The position numbers and the translations under genes are program-made. The notes under the pieces were generated by a model, which searched no databases, had not been told where the DNA came from, and worked only from the letters and a program-made list of their open reading frames with translations. Below are positions 19,417 through 28,998 of a DNA stretch of 43,501 nt, one piece after another; position 1 is the stretch's first letter; each line of letters starts with the position of its first letter. This DNA is from Leidyana gryllorum EB-2025a. Its lineage: Eukaryota; Protista; Apicomplexa. The stretch covers positions 1 to 43,501 of the forward strand of contig JBLWGC010000074.1 of the NCBI GenBank assembly GCA_048772705.1, given 5' to 3'.

Positions 19417-19752
19417 GACTAGCGGAGCCGTCAAATGGAAGTGTGTAGCGATCAAGACAGGACATGGGCAGCGACGCCCGATGGTGGGTCTGGACAGACT
19501 TCACCCACATCTCCCATTCAAAAGATCGGGGACATACTATCCAAGCCAGGATTCGGGCCTGGGTATGCACGGCCACAACTTGCTGAGGCTGGTGGCAAAG
19601 CCACTTTAGTTGTCAGGCTATCGGGTTTTGTGTCGTTGCTTTCTTCGCGCCCTAGCTCAGTCGGCAGAGCGCAAGACTCTTAATCTTGCAGTCGCGGGCT
19701 CGAGCCCCTCGGGCGGTGTGGATCTGTTGCCTGCAAGCACACTCAGCTGGAT

Positions 19753-19825
19753 TTCCACTGCCGGGACTTGAACCCGGATCGTGCGGGTGAGAGCCGCATA
19801 TCCTAGCCACTTAGACTACAGTGGA
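19753..19825 (-). tRNA. trnE: tRNA-Glu(CTC)
   Basis: Loop CTCTCAC, intact. Confidence 0.92.
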
Positions 19826-19944
19826 CAACTCCCTCAGCTGCAGCTTTAGCCGAGAGCCGTACCCTCTTGACAAGACGTGATTCCAGAATCCCTGCGGTAG
19901 AATAAGGGAGGATCTCTATACTAACCTCTGAAACATTGTAGCTG

Positions 19945-20017
19945 GGTCTTGTAGCTCAGTCGGCAGAGCGTGTGGCTGTTAACCACAAAGTCGCAGGTTC
20001 GAAACCTGCCAGGACCG
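19945..20017 (+). tRNA. trnN: tRNA-Asn(GTT)
   Basis: Intact. Confidence 0.92.
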
Positions 20018-20138
20018 GTTTCAGAGGCACTCTCCAAGGGAAGGAAAATCATATCACGAGCACTCCAACTCGACATGCGCGGCACTGGCTCCCCATACAG
20101 CTAGCAGGCTTGCGGAACGTCTTTCGCGTGAGAGGCTA

Positions 20139-20211
20139 TGATGCGGATGGGACTCGAACCCACAACTCCCGGTTCCGAAGACCGATGCCCTATCCATTAG
20201 GCCACCGCACC
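20139..20211 (-). tRNA. trnR: tRNA-Arg(TCG)
   Basis: TCGGT-CTTCGGA-ACCGG, stems pair. Confidence 0.9.
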
Positions 20212-20292
20212 ATAGACAAGCTTCGGTCATCTCGATACTAGTTGGGTGTAAGAGGAGACACCTTGGGGCAGCTCGGTGGATGGGTTGCGAAT

Positions 20293-20365
20293 GCGGTTGT
20301 GCCGCAATGCATAGCGCGTTGCCCTCCCAAGGCGAAGGTTGAGGATTCGGGTCCCTCCAGCCGTT
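20293..20365 (+). pseudogene. Arg-like tRNA body with CCC anticodon, degenerate
   Basis: TTGCC-CTCCCAA-GGCGA; D arm resembles Arg GCGCAATGGATAGCGC with lesions. Confidence 0.65.
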
Positions 20366-20448
20366 TCCTGCGTGGCTTCGTTTGTGCAAAGTGGAGAGAC
20401 TGGTCATACCATGTAAAAAAGAACTGGATGTACTGGGGTTTGCTCAAT

Positions 20449-20521
20449 GGGCGAGTAGCTCAAATGGTAGAGCGCTCGCTTAGCATGCGAGAGGTACTGG
20501 GATCGATGCCCAGGTCGTCCA
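20449..20521 (+). tRNA. trnA: tRNA-Ala(AGC), one acceptor mismatch
   Basis: G3:U70. Confidence 0.8.
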
Positions 20522-20636
20522 AAGTACGTACGGCTGCACGTGGCGGGATCCAAACCACCTTACATCTTTGAAGGGTCGCAGACCAAAAGTGCCATTGGGA
20601 GAGCAGCGCAGTCAATGTTTAGTGTGCCTCTGAAAC

Positions 20637-20709
20637 CAGTCCTGGCAGGTTTCGAACCTGCGACTTTGTGGTTAACAGCCACACGCTCTGCCGACTGAGC
20701 TACAAGACC
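20637..20709 (-). tRNA. trnN: tRNA-Asn(GTT), G1-U72
   Basis: Asn body. Confidence 0.85.
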
Positions 20710-20826
20710 CAGCTACAATGCTTCAGAGGTTAGTATAGAGATCCTCCTTTTTCTACCGCAGGATTCTGCAACCACGTCTTGTCAAGAGGGTACGGCTCTC
20801 GGCTAAAGCTGCAGCTGAGGGAGTTG

Positions 20827-20899
20827 TCCACTGTAGTCTAAGTGGCTAGGATATGCGGCTTTCACCCGCACGATCCGGGTTCAAGTCCCGGCAGTGCAA
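20827..20899 (+). tRNA. trnE: tRNA-Glu(TTC), acceptor mismatch
   Basis: Glu body. Confidence 0.75.
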
Positions 20900-20975
20900 G
20901 TCATTGGACCATTCGAGCAAAGTGCTCCAGTAACCTCCGTCAATAGTGACTGACTCGTGATCTTTGGCTAGCATT

Positions 20976-21047
20976 GCCTTCTTAGCTTAGAGGCAGAGCA
21001 TTCGCTTAGTAAGCGATGGGTCGCCGGTTCGATTTCGGCAGAAGGCT
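20976..21047 (+). tRNA. trnT: tRNA-Thr(AGT), several variants
   Basis: Thr body. Confidence 0.65.
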
Positions 21048-21096
21048 TTGCTCACGACCCAATCAATTCTATAACTGTTTCCCTCCTGCGCACACT

Positions 21097-21168
21097 TAGC
21101 AGTGCGTCGTTTCGATCAACGGACCTTTGGGTTATGAGCCCAACACTCTTCCACTGAGCTACACTGCT
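21097..21168 (-). tRNA. trnM: initiator tRNA-Met(CAT)
   Basis: iMet hallmarks. Confidence 0.85.
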
Positions 21169-21463
21169 CAGTCTGAAACATGGAAGAGCGAGCCGAAATG
21201 CGATTCTTGAGATGTTAATGGCCTTGAGTGCCGAAGTGGGCTAACGAGGTGGCTGTGTTGATTGTGAGGGCAACTTGTCCCGTAGGGTCAACCGACGACC
21301 AAGAGGGCTGTTCTGGAATCGAACCCAGGACTCCTTCCACTCTGAGGAAGGATTATACCAGCAGAGCAACAGCCGAATACTTGGGTGCATGCAACCGAAT
21401 ATACAAATGGAGATTCGAATCTACTGTGACCTTTTCCAGCTTTTTTTTTGGGATGATCGCCGT

Positions 21464-21547
21464 TGCACAGAATGGGATTTGAACCCATGCAGACTTGCGC
21501 CTACCAGAACTTGAGTCTGGCCCCTTAGACCACTCGGGCATCTGTGC
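21464..21547 (-). tRNA. trnL: tRNA-Leu(CAA)
   Basis: Intact. Confidence 0.92.
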
Positions 21548-21643
21548 ATTACTTTCCTTCTGAGTTCCAAAGTGTTAATGGCTTCCGTTGCGACCACCGA
21601 TGTCGTTCTGGCTGCGGTGTGCCGCCCCGAAGTACTCTCACGG

Positions 21644-21722
21644 CCCGGGGTGCTTAGATGGTAACGTATCTGACTGTAGTGGTGGCATCAGATATTCCAC
21701 GAGTAAATTCCGTCCCACCCGA
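21644..21722 (+). pseudogene. trnY: tRNA-Tyr pseudogene retaining intron
   Basis: TCTGACTGTAGTGGTGGCATCAGA core; D and T arms decayed. Confidence 0.7.
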
Positions 21723-21739
21723 AGTTGAGGAGTGGACTT

Positions 21740-22341
21740 TGTTGTAGTTCGTGTTTGCCTGATGGTCAACTTCCTATCGGGTGGCCAAATTCGACTTGGT
21801 GAAATTTTCAATCGAATTAACATCCATCTGGATACTTCCCTACATATTTGGCACTTATATAGGGGCATGTATAAGATGGTGAAAAGGCATTATTAACGAA
21901 CGTAAAGCAACTACTACTAAAGCGTAAAGGCTAATGCACCCTAGTGGTCTGAGCTCTCTGCGACAGTGTAACTGTGCAGACACTCGCATGAATGATCAGA
22001 GTGTGGTGTCGGGGAGAACTACCGTGTGTGTCCAGCGCGAGGCTCCGCAAGAGTGCGAGCGACTGGCACATGGGTGGAGTGAGAGAGACACCAGAGCGAG
22101 AGACACACGCAAGCAAAGTTGGCTAAGTCAGAGTTGGACTAGGCAAGAGGCGGCCTAAGATAACTTTTGCACTTGGTACAACAAGTCGTAGTTCTTGCTT
22201 TGCGCCGTCGTGTGCGACATATTCGTGGTAGACTTGTCGGCAAAAATACTAACTTGGTTCTAAGTCTGACTTGTGGTCGAAAGTATGCAGAGATGAGAAC
22301 TGGGCCTCGTTCCCCTTGAGTAGCGACTTGGGGTTACAACA
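21740..22341. mobile_element. Solo LTR of an LTR retrotransposon (602 bp)
   Basis: Termini TGTTGTA...TACAACA; 5-bp TSD GACTT at 21735-21739 and 22342-22346; second copy at 4124-4714; paralogous site near 39970 lacks it. Confidence 0.88.
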
Positions 22342-22430
22342 GACTTCTTGCAACGCAGTTCGTCTGACGCTCCTGTTCCATCCCATCCTGATAGATGCTT
22401 CGCTACCTCTACAGCCTCGCTCAAAGATTT

Positions 22431-22495
22431 GTCCGAGTCGTCTAGTGGTTAGGACAGCACGTTGTGGCCGTGCAAACCCAGGCCCTGGCTCAGAC
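22431..22495 (+). pseudogene. trnH: tRNA-His(GTG), T-loop deletion
   Basis: His body. Confidence 0.75.
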
Positions 22496-22589
22496 AACCA
22501 ATCTAAAGTGCATTGCAATTCCCCTCCAAACCTCTCAGATCCTTATCGAGACTGAGTGACCACTCAGAAAAGCTTAAGTGCGTGAGCAA

Positions 22590-22659
22590 AGCCTTCTTCG
22601 GAATCGAACCGGCGACCTTTCGCTTACAAAGCGAATGCTCTGCCACCAGCTAAGAAGGC
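22590..22659 (-). pseudogene. trnT: tRNA-Thr(TGT), degenerate
   Basis: Loop TTTGTAA, D and T lesions. Confidence 0.7.
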
Positions 22660-22761
22660 AATGTTAATGGAAGTTACTGAAGCTCATTGTTCCACCTGTC
22701 GAACTGGATCCAGGGCTCCACCCAACGGCAAATAGGGTGTAACTCAGTTTAGAGCTTCGTT

Positions 22762-22834
22762 GCCGCCCTAGCTCAGTCCGTAGAGCGCAAGACTTTCAAT
22801 CTTGCAGTCGCGAGTTCGAGCCCCGCGGGCGGTG
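22762..22834 (+). pseudogene. tRNA-Lys body with TTC anticodon
   Basis: CAAGA-CTTTCAA-TCTTG; G18>C and T-stem mismatch. Confidence 0.75.
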
Positions 22835-23064
22835 TGGATCTATCTCCCTTACTAACCACTATACTATCTCGGACGCTCTGAACATGCCGGCCTCCAATCC
22901 CAGAAGTCTTTCTATTTTGGCTCACGGACAAAAGACGCGTGGAGGGATGAACCAACAACACTGTGGCAAGATGGCCGAGTTGTCTAAGGCGCTGTGCTCA
23001 GACCGCAGTCCGAAAGGTCGAGGATCTGGGGTTGAGCCTTTTGAACCCCGGAGCAGTTGGACGG

Positions 23065-23144
23065 CCGGGGGTAGCTCAGTTGGTAGAGCATCTGACTGTA
23101 GTGCTGGCATCAGATAGTCGGCGGTTCGATTCCGTCCCACCGGA
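23065..23144 (+). tRNA. trnY: tRNA-Tyr(GTA) with 7-nt intron
   Basis: Same as 17785-17864. Confidence 0.88.
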
Positions 23145-23278
23145 AGTAGAGTGGTGATTGGCAAAGTTCATCATCTGGGCTTGCCTCCCTCTGTGCCTAC
23201 CTCATGGCCTTGAGTGATACTTCACATAGTGAGACGAGTCTCTTGACTGTACCCAGCGGGTTGAACCACCGACTAGGC

Positions 23279-23350
23279 GGCTGTTTGGTCTAGTGGTATG
23301 ATTCTTCCTTTGGGTGGAAGAAGTCCTGGGTTCGATTCCCAGAATAGCCC
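23279..23350 (+). tRNA. trnP: tRNA-Pro(TGG)
   Basis: CTTCC-TTTGGGT-GGAAG. Confidence 0.88.
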
Positions 23351-23451
23351 GTCTGTCAGTTGTTGACTCAACACGGCACTCGACCCATCCCGGACAGCTA
23401 AGACAGGATCTGACTTGTTGGCTCAACAGGCTGCAACCCGGCCATTCGCCC

Positions 23452-23524
23452 AGACGCTACTGGGACTGGAACCCAGAATCCCCGGTTCCGTAGACCGATG
23501 CCATATCCATTAGGTCATAGCGCC
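23452..23524 (-). pseudogene. trnR: tRNA-Arg(ACG), D-stem and T-loop lesions
   Basis: Arg body. Confidence 0.65.
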
Positions 23525-23794
23525 GACTAGCGGAGCCGTCAAATGGGAGTGTGTAGCGATCAAGACAGGACATGGGCAGCTACGCCCGATGGTGGGTGTG
23601 GACAGACTTCACCCACATCTCCCATTCGAGACATCGGGGACATACTATCCAAGCCAGGATTCGGGCCTGGGTATGCACGGCCACAACTTGCTGTTGTAAG
23701 CACCTAGACGACCCGGACAATCTTCAATTGAGGCTGGTGGGTACCAAAGCCACTTAAGATGTCGGGCTATCGGGTTTTGTGTCCTTGCATTCCT

Positions 23795-23867
23795 GCCGCC
23801 CTAGCTCAGTCGGTAGAGCGCAAGACTCTTAATCTTGCAGTCGCGGGTTCGAGCCCCGCGGGCGGTG
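23795..23867 (+). tRNA. trnK: tRNA-Lys(CTT)
   Basis: Intact. Confidence 0.92.
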
Positions 23868-23931
23868 TGCATCTATTTATTTCCCTGGGAGTAAGAATGG
23901 AAATGTTGCCTACAAGGACGCTCAGCTGGAT

Positions 23932-24004
23932 TTCCACTGCCGGGACTTGAACCCGGATCGTGCGGGTGAGAGCCGCATATCCTAGCCACTTAGACTACAG
24001 TGGA
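23932..24004 (-). tRNA. trnE: tRNA-Glu(CTC)
   Basis: Intact. Confidence 0.92.
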
Positions 24005-24222
24005 CGAGTCACAACAGTTGCACTGACGAATGAGGCGCCAGAGAACTGTGAGTCGGTCTCAGATTGGAAGTTCACCTAGGTTTGGCGGGTGGGCGGCTAT
24101 CTCAAGTGGTAGAGCGGTGACTTGGCAGGCGAGAGGTCAGTTTAGACACCTATCAATGCCGCAGGACAGGCTGAACACGGGGGCATTTGGTCACTCCTCG
24201 CGGCATGTCGAATTCGACAGTT

Positions 24223-24304
24223 GGCAACTTGCCCGAGTGGTTAAGGGGGTAGACTTGAAATCTACTGGGCCTGGCCCGCGCTGGTTCTAATCCAGCAGTT
24301 GTCG
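24223..24304 (+). tRNA. trnS: tRNA-Ser(TGA), T-loop variant
   Basis: Ser body, T loop TTCTAAT. Confidence 0.78.
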
Positions 24305-24386
24305 TGCGATCTGATTGGAGGGGCAGACAATAACTCACTCGTGAAACCCCAGAATGGTGCCTCAATCAGCCATCTGCCATCTTCTC

Positions 24387-24457
24387 TGCATCTGCCGGGA
24401 ATCGAACCTGGGTCGTCTCGGTGGCAACGACACAGTCTACCACTAAACCACAGATGC
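24387..24457 (-). pseudogene. trnG: tRNA-Gly(GCC), degenerate
   Basis: Gly body. Confidence 0.7.
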
Positions 24458-24721
24458 GTAACATCGCCATTCCTGAATACAAATCGAAGGGTCTTAAAAC
24501 TAGTCCAGGCCGTCCAACTTAGGCCGATACATAAAAACCAGGCTCATCGGATACGTGGTTCCAGAGACACACGCCCCTTTCGCAGTCCGGAAGCTCCGTG
24601 CAGCCATCTAGTGGTCACGACGTCTGTTTAATACGCAGAAGGTCCCGAGTTCCATCCTCGGTGGCTGTAACACGCATCGTTCAGGTGAGCATCACGAAAT
24701 CTAGAGCGGAAGACGATCTAT

Positions 24722-24793
24722 CTCCGACACCGGGAATCGAACCCGGGTATTCCGCGTGACAGGCGGAAATACTGACCACTATACTATCTCGGA
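24722..24793 (-). pseudogene. trnD: tRNA-Asp, degenerate
   Basis: Acceptor mismatch, discriminator changed. Confidence 0.65.
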
Positions 24794-24955
24794 CGCTAGT
24801 AAAGATGCCGGTCTCTAACCCCAGAACTCCTCGCATTTTGAGATTTCACGGACATGAAACGGGTAACACTTCGGCAAGATGGCCGAGTGCTGTGTGCAAG
24901 CCGCCGTCCGAAAATGCGGGCGGATGATCGCAACCATGTTTAGGCTAATGACTGA

Positions 24956-25027
24956 AGCCTCCTGCCGGAATCGAACCAGCGACCTTTCGCTTACAAAGCG
25001 AATGCTCTGCCCCTAAGCTAAGGAGGC
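24956..25027 (-). tRNA. trnT: tRNA-Thr(TGT)
   Basis: Loop TTTGTAA; compensatory C5-G68 pair. Confidence 0.9.
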
Positions 25028-25091
25028 ATTCCCTGTCTCGACCCATATGAGTTTTTGATGCTGGGAATTGCATCATTTCCACCACATCGCA

Positions 25092-25173
25092 CGAGAACTG
25101 CTGGATTTGAACCACCGCGGGCCAGGCCCAGTAGATTTCGAGTCTACCCCCTTAACCACTCGGGCAAGTTGCC
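25092..25173 (-). pseudogene. trnS: tRNA-Ser(CGA), stem mismatches
   Basis: Loop CTCGAAA. Confidence 0.7.
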
Positions 25174-25290
25174 ACCTGTCGAACTCGGCATGCCGCAGAC
25201 AGTGGCTCCACATACGGTTCACACTTGATGTCCCTGAGATAGATTCGAATGCGAGTGACGCGGTGGCACCGCGGTGGCATGGCGGTGATC

Positions 25291-25364
25291 GCTCTCCTAG
25301 CTCAGCTGCTTAGAGCATCGGCCTTGTGTGCCGGGAGTCGAGAGTTCGATCCCCTCGGGGAGCA
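25291..25364 (+). pseudogene. tRNA-Ile(TAT) body with TGT anticodon, degenerate
   Basis: Paralog of 12964-13037, loop CTTGTGT. Confidence 0.75.
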
Positions 25365-25808
25365 AATCGATCCAATGACAGCCGACGACCACCGAGTGCA
25401 TAGGAGGAGACCTCTGCGAGTAAATTCTATAAGTGTATCCTCCTGCGGACACTCGACAGTGCGTCGTGCCGTTGGACGGACCTTGCAGTCGTAAGCCCAA
25501 CACTCTGGCACTGAGTTCCACTACTTGAGCGTCGGATATCATAAAGGAAGGGGAAATGTGTTTCTTGAGATTCGGAGTGATTTGACACACCATGAGTGCC
25601 GTAGCGGCTGTTTGGTTTGAAGGTATTATTCTTCCTTGCTTAGAAGAACATCGCAACTGAGTCTTGTAGCTCAGTCGGCAAAGCGTGTGGCTGTTCACAC
25701 AAAGTCGCAGATTCGAAGCCTGGCAGTACCGGGATCTGCGGTATTCGACTCTCTCATAGAGGTTGGAACTCTGTATTCAAATACCAGCAGGTGCCGCCGT
25801 ACGGAGTT

Positions 25809-25881
25809 TGGACGACCTGGGTATCGATCCCAGTACCTCTCGCATGCTAAGCGAGCGCTCTACCATTTGAGCTAGTCGCCC
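25809..25881 (-). tRNA. trnA: tRNA-Ala(AGC)
   Basis: Intact. Confidence 0.92.
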
Positions 25882-25968
25882 GTTGTGCAGACCCCATCGA
25901 TTTTTTTGTTCTCAACATCGTATGACCACTCTCTCGACTGTACTCAGCGGGTTGCTCGACCGACAGCC

Positions 25969-26040
25969 GACTGTTTGGTCTAGTGGTATGATTCTTCCTT
26001 CGGGTGGAAGAAGTCCTGGGTTCGATTCCCAGAACAGCCC
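25969..26040 (+). tRNA. trnP: tRNA-Pro(CGG), G2>A
   Basis: Pro body. Confidence 0.75.
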
Positions 26041-26121
26041 CGTTGGTTGTCGGTTGACCCGACGCTCTATCTCATCTCAAGATGGTACGGCTCTCGGCTA
26101 AAGCTGCAGCTGAGGAAGGTG

Positions 26122-26194
26122 TCCACTGTAGTCTAAGTGGCTAGGTTATGCGGCTCTCACCCGCACGATCCGGCTCCAAGTCCCGGCAGTGGAG
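26122..26194 (+). pseudogene. trnE: tRNA-Glu(CTC), T arm mutated
   Basis: Paralog of 9414-9486. Confidence 0.7.
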
Positions 26195-26246
26195 AGTGTG
26201 CTTGCAGGCAACAGTTCCATTCTTACTTCCAGGGGATATAGATCCA

Positions 26247-26319
26247 CACCGCCCGCGGGGCTCGAACCCGCGACTGCAAGATTAAGAGTCTTGCGCTCTA
26301 CCGACTGAGCTAGGGCGGC
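26247..26319 (-). tRNA. trnK: tRNA-Lys(CTT)
   Basis: Intact. Confidence 0.92.
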
Positions 26320-26439
26320 AGGAAAACAAGGACACAAAACCCGATAGCCTGACATCTAAAGTGGCTTTGGTACCCACCAGCCTCACATAGTGAGACGAGT
26401 CTCTCGACTGTACCCAGCGGGTTGAACCACCGACAAGGT

Positions 26440-26511
26440 GGCGGTTTGGTCTAGTGGTATGATTCTTCCTTCGGGTGGAAGAGGTCCTGGGTTCGATTCC
26501 CAGAACAGCCC
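26440..26511 (+). tRNA. trnP: tRNA-Pro(CGG), acceptor mismatch
   Basis: Pro body. Confidence 0.75.
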
Positions 26512-26612
26512 GTCTGATAGTTGTTGACGCAACACGGCACTCGACCCATCCCGAACAGCTAAGACAGGATCTGAGTTGTTGACTCAACAGGCTGCAACCC
26601 GGCCATCCCCCC

Positions 26613-26685
26613 AGACGCTACTGGGACTCGAACCCAGAATCCCCGGTTCCGTAGACCGATGCCATATCCATTAGGCCATAGCGCC
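26613..26685 (-). tRNA. trnR: tRNA-Arg(ACG)
   Basis: Intact. Confidence 0.92.
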
Positions 26686-26953
26686 GACTAGCGGAGCCGT
26701 CAAATGGGAGTGTGTAGCGATAAAGACAGGAGATGGGCAGCTACGCCCGATGGTGGGTGTGGACACACTTCACCCACATCTCCCATTCGAGACATCGGGG
26801 ACATACTATCCAAGCCAGGATTCGGGCCTGGGTATGCACGGCCACAACTTGCTGTTGAAAGCACCTAGACGACCCGGACAATCTTCAAGAGGCTGCTGGG
26901 TACCAAAGCCACTTAAGATGTCGGGCCATCGGGTTTTGTGTCCTTGCATTCCT

Positions 26954-27026
26954 GCCGCCCTAGCTCAGTCGGTAGAGCGCAAGACTCTTAATCTTGCAGT
27001 CGCGGGTTCGAGCCCCGCGGGCGGTG
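26954..27026 (+). tRNA. trnK: tRNA-Lys(CTT)
   Basis: Intact. Confidence 0.92.
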
Positions 27027-27075
27027 CAAATCAATGTCTCTGGAAGCCGTTACCTACAACCACACTCTGCTGGAT

Positions 27076-27148
27076 TTCCACTGCCGGGACTTGAACCCGG
27101 ATCGTGCGGGTGAAAGCCGCATATCCTAGCCACTTAGACTACAGTGGG
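27076..27148 (-). tRNA. trnE: tRNA-Glu(TTC), U1>C
   Basis: Glu body. Confidence 0.78.
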
Positions 27149-27472
27149 CAAGTTCCCCAATTGAGGTTTCGGATGAGAACCGTACCCTCTTAACAAGACG
27201 TGGTTCGTCGGGTCAACCTACAACAAAAGGGTTGCAGTAGAAAGTGGAGGGTCTCTCCACTAAGCTCAGAAACATTGTAAGGCGTCTTGTAGCTCAGTGG
27301 CAAAGCGTGTGGCTTTTGATGACAAACTCGGAGGTCCGGAACCTAACAGAACCGGCTTCAGATGCACCCTAGACATTGAGTGCGGTGCTCTCCCAATGGC
27401 ACTTGTGGTTCGCGACTCTTCAAAGATGGTAGCGATGGGTCTGAAGGCGGCCACGTGCAGCCGTACCTACTT

Positions 27473-27545
27473 TGGACGACCTGGGCATCGATCCCAGTAC
27501 CTCTCGCATGCTAAGCGAGCGCTCTACCATTTGAGCTAGTCGCCC
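27473..27545 (-). tRNA. trnA: tRNA-Ala(AGC)
   Basis: Intact. Confidence 0.92.
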
Positions 27546-27775
27546 GTGGTGCAGACCCCATCGCATTTGTTGGTTCTCAACATAGGATGACCACTTTTCA
27601 AACTGTCTTCAGCGGGTTGCACGAACGACAGGCGGCTGTTTGGTGTAGGGGTATGATACTTCCGTCGGGTGGAAGAAGTCCTAGGTTCCATTCTTAGAAC
27701 AGCCCGCTTTGTTGTATCCAACCTGCCTGGCAGCATGGTTCTGGGTTCAGGTGATTCCTCGGAGAAAGTCGGAGG

Positions 27776-27848
27776 GGGAGTGTAGCGCAGTCGGTAGCGC
27801 GTAGGTCTGATAATCCTGAAGTCGAGAGTTCGATCCTCTCCACTCCCA
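27776..27848 (+). tRNA. Elongator-Met body with GAT (Ile) anticodon
   Basis: Identical to 35404-35476 except C34>G; anticodon at 27809-27811. Confidence 0.85.
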
Positions 27849-28029
27849 CGGTCAGAATCGAAACCGCCGACAAACTCATCATGCTATCATTCTGCATCCG
27901 TCAGGAATCGCACACGGGTTATCTCGATGGCAGCGAGCGACTCTTCCACTAGACCACAGATGCACAACACGATTTGGTGAATCTTGTACGTGGTGACAGC
28001 CATTCCTCATAAGCTTATCGATGCATCAA

Positions 28030-28101
28030 AGCCTTCTGCCGGAATCGAACCGGCGACTTCTCGCTTACGAAGCGAACGCTCTGCCCCTAAGCTAAGAAGG
28101 C
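28030..28101 (-). tRNA. trnT: tRNA-Thr(CGT)
   Basis: Loop TTCGTAA, intact. Confidence 0.9.
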
Positions 28102-28233
28102 AACTTAGCTGGAGAATCATGTGGCACTTGTATCGACAAAAGTTAGCCGGGTGCCACGTGCACGGCGGGCTGTCCCGCGCGCATAGTGGGGGCATGCTGG
28201 GATGAAGTCGCAGGTTGTCCTGACTACAACGCC

Positions 28234-28313
28234 TGACAAGAGTGGGATTCGAACCCACGCCCTTTCGGACTGCGGCCTGAACACAGCGCCTTGGACCACT
28301 CGGCCATCTTGCC
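28234..28313 (-). tRNA. trnL: tRNA-Leu(CAG)
   Basis: CTGTG-TTCAGGC-CGCAG, intact. Confidence 0.92.
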
Positions 28314-28407
28314 GAAATGTTGTTGGCTCGCCGCCCCACGCGTTTTCTATCCGTGGAATCTCAAAATAGAAAGACTTCTGGGATGGGAGGCCGGCGTGTT
28401 GAGAGCG

Positions 28408-28479
28408 TCCGAGATAGTATAGTGGTTAGTATTTCCGCCTGTCACGCGGAGGACCCGGGTTCGATTCCAGGTCTCGGAG
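28408..28479 (+). tRNA. trnD: tRNA-Asp(GTC), T-stem mismatch
   Basis: Asp body. Confidence 0.75.
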
Positions 28480-28534
28480 CACAGGTGGTTTCGCTTAAGA
28501 TTCTCTCCTGTGGTTCTCGCTGAAAGTTAGGAGT

Positions 28535-28677
28535 TACCCCACCGAGGATTCACCTCGGACTTTCTGCGTGTTCAGCAGACGTCGTAACCACTAGACCGTG
28601 GGAGCTACATCCACCGAGGATTCACCTCGGACTTTCTGCGTCTTAAGCAGACGTCGTAACCACTAGACGGTGGCTGC
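28535..28677 (-). pseudogene. trnV: Tandem pair of tRNA-Val pseudogenes (~72-bp duplication)
   Basis: CCGAGGATTCACCTCGGACTTTCTGCG repeated; also at 36661-36803. Confidence 0.75.
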
Positions 28678-28741
28678 ATGAATGGTCCCCCCAGCCCAAG
28701 AGGAGTGGCGAAGTTTCACGGAGCAGTGAGAACCAGTTCCA

Positions 28742-28813
28742 AGGTCGCGCCGGGAATCGAACCCAGGTCGGGAGATTCAGAGTCTCCAGTGCTAACCACT
28801 ACACCACGCAACC
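28742..28813 (-). tRNA. trnQ: tRNA-Gln(CTG)
   Basis: GGAGA-CTCTGAA-TCTCC, intact. Confidence 0.92.
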
Positions 28814-28998
28814 GATTCAGTCCATCCCAGAAGAGTCGGTAGAATTATCCGGACTAGCGCTTCCTCAACTGGACACACGCAACACGGGTCTCTCTACTGA
28901 CGTCTGGAAAATTTAATTGGCTCCTGTATATAGCGCCCAGCGTAGAGCGTTCTATTTAAGTCGGACAATCATTGAAGCACGCTCTCCGCGAATGCTAC

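Larger units (their letters stand above)
27190..28345. repeat. ~1.15-kb block, inverted copy at ~34915-36070
   Basis: Asn-Ala-Pro-Met-Gly-Thr-Leu order mirrored. Confidence 0.85.

Noticed and set aside
4124-22341. The two LTRs as the ends of one full-length retrotransposon
   Set aside because: They are inverted, the 21740 copy has its own TSD, and there is no PBS, PPT or gag-pol between them
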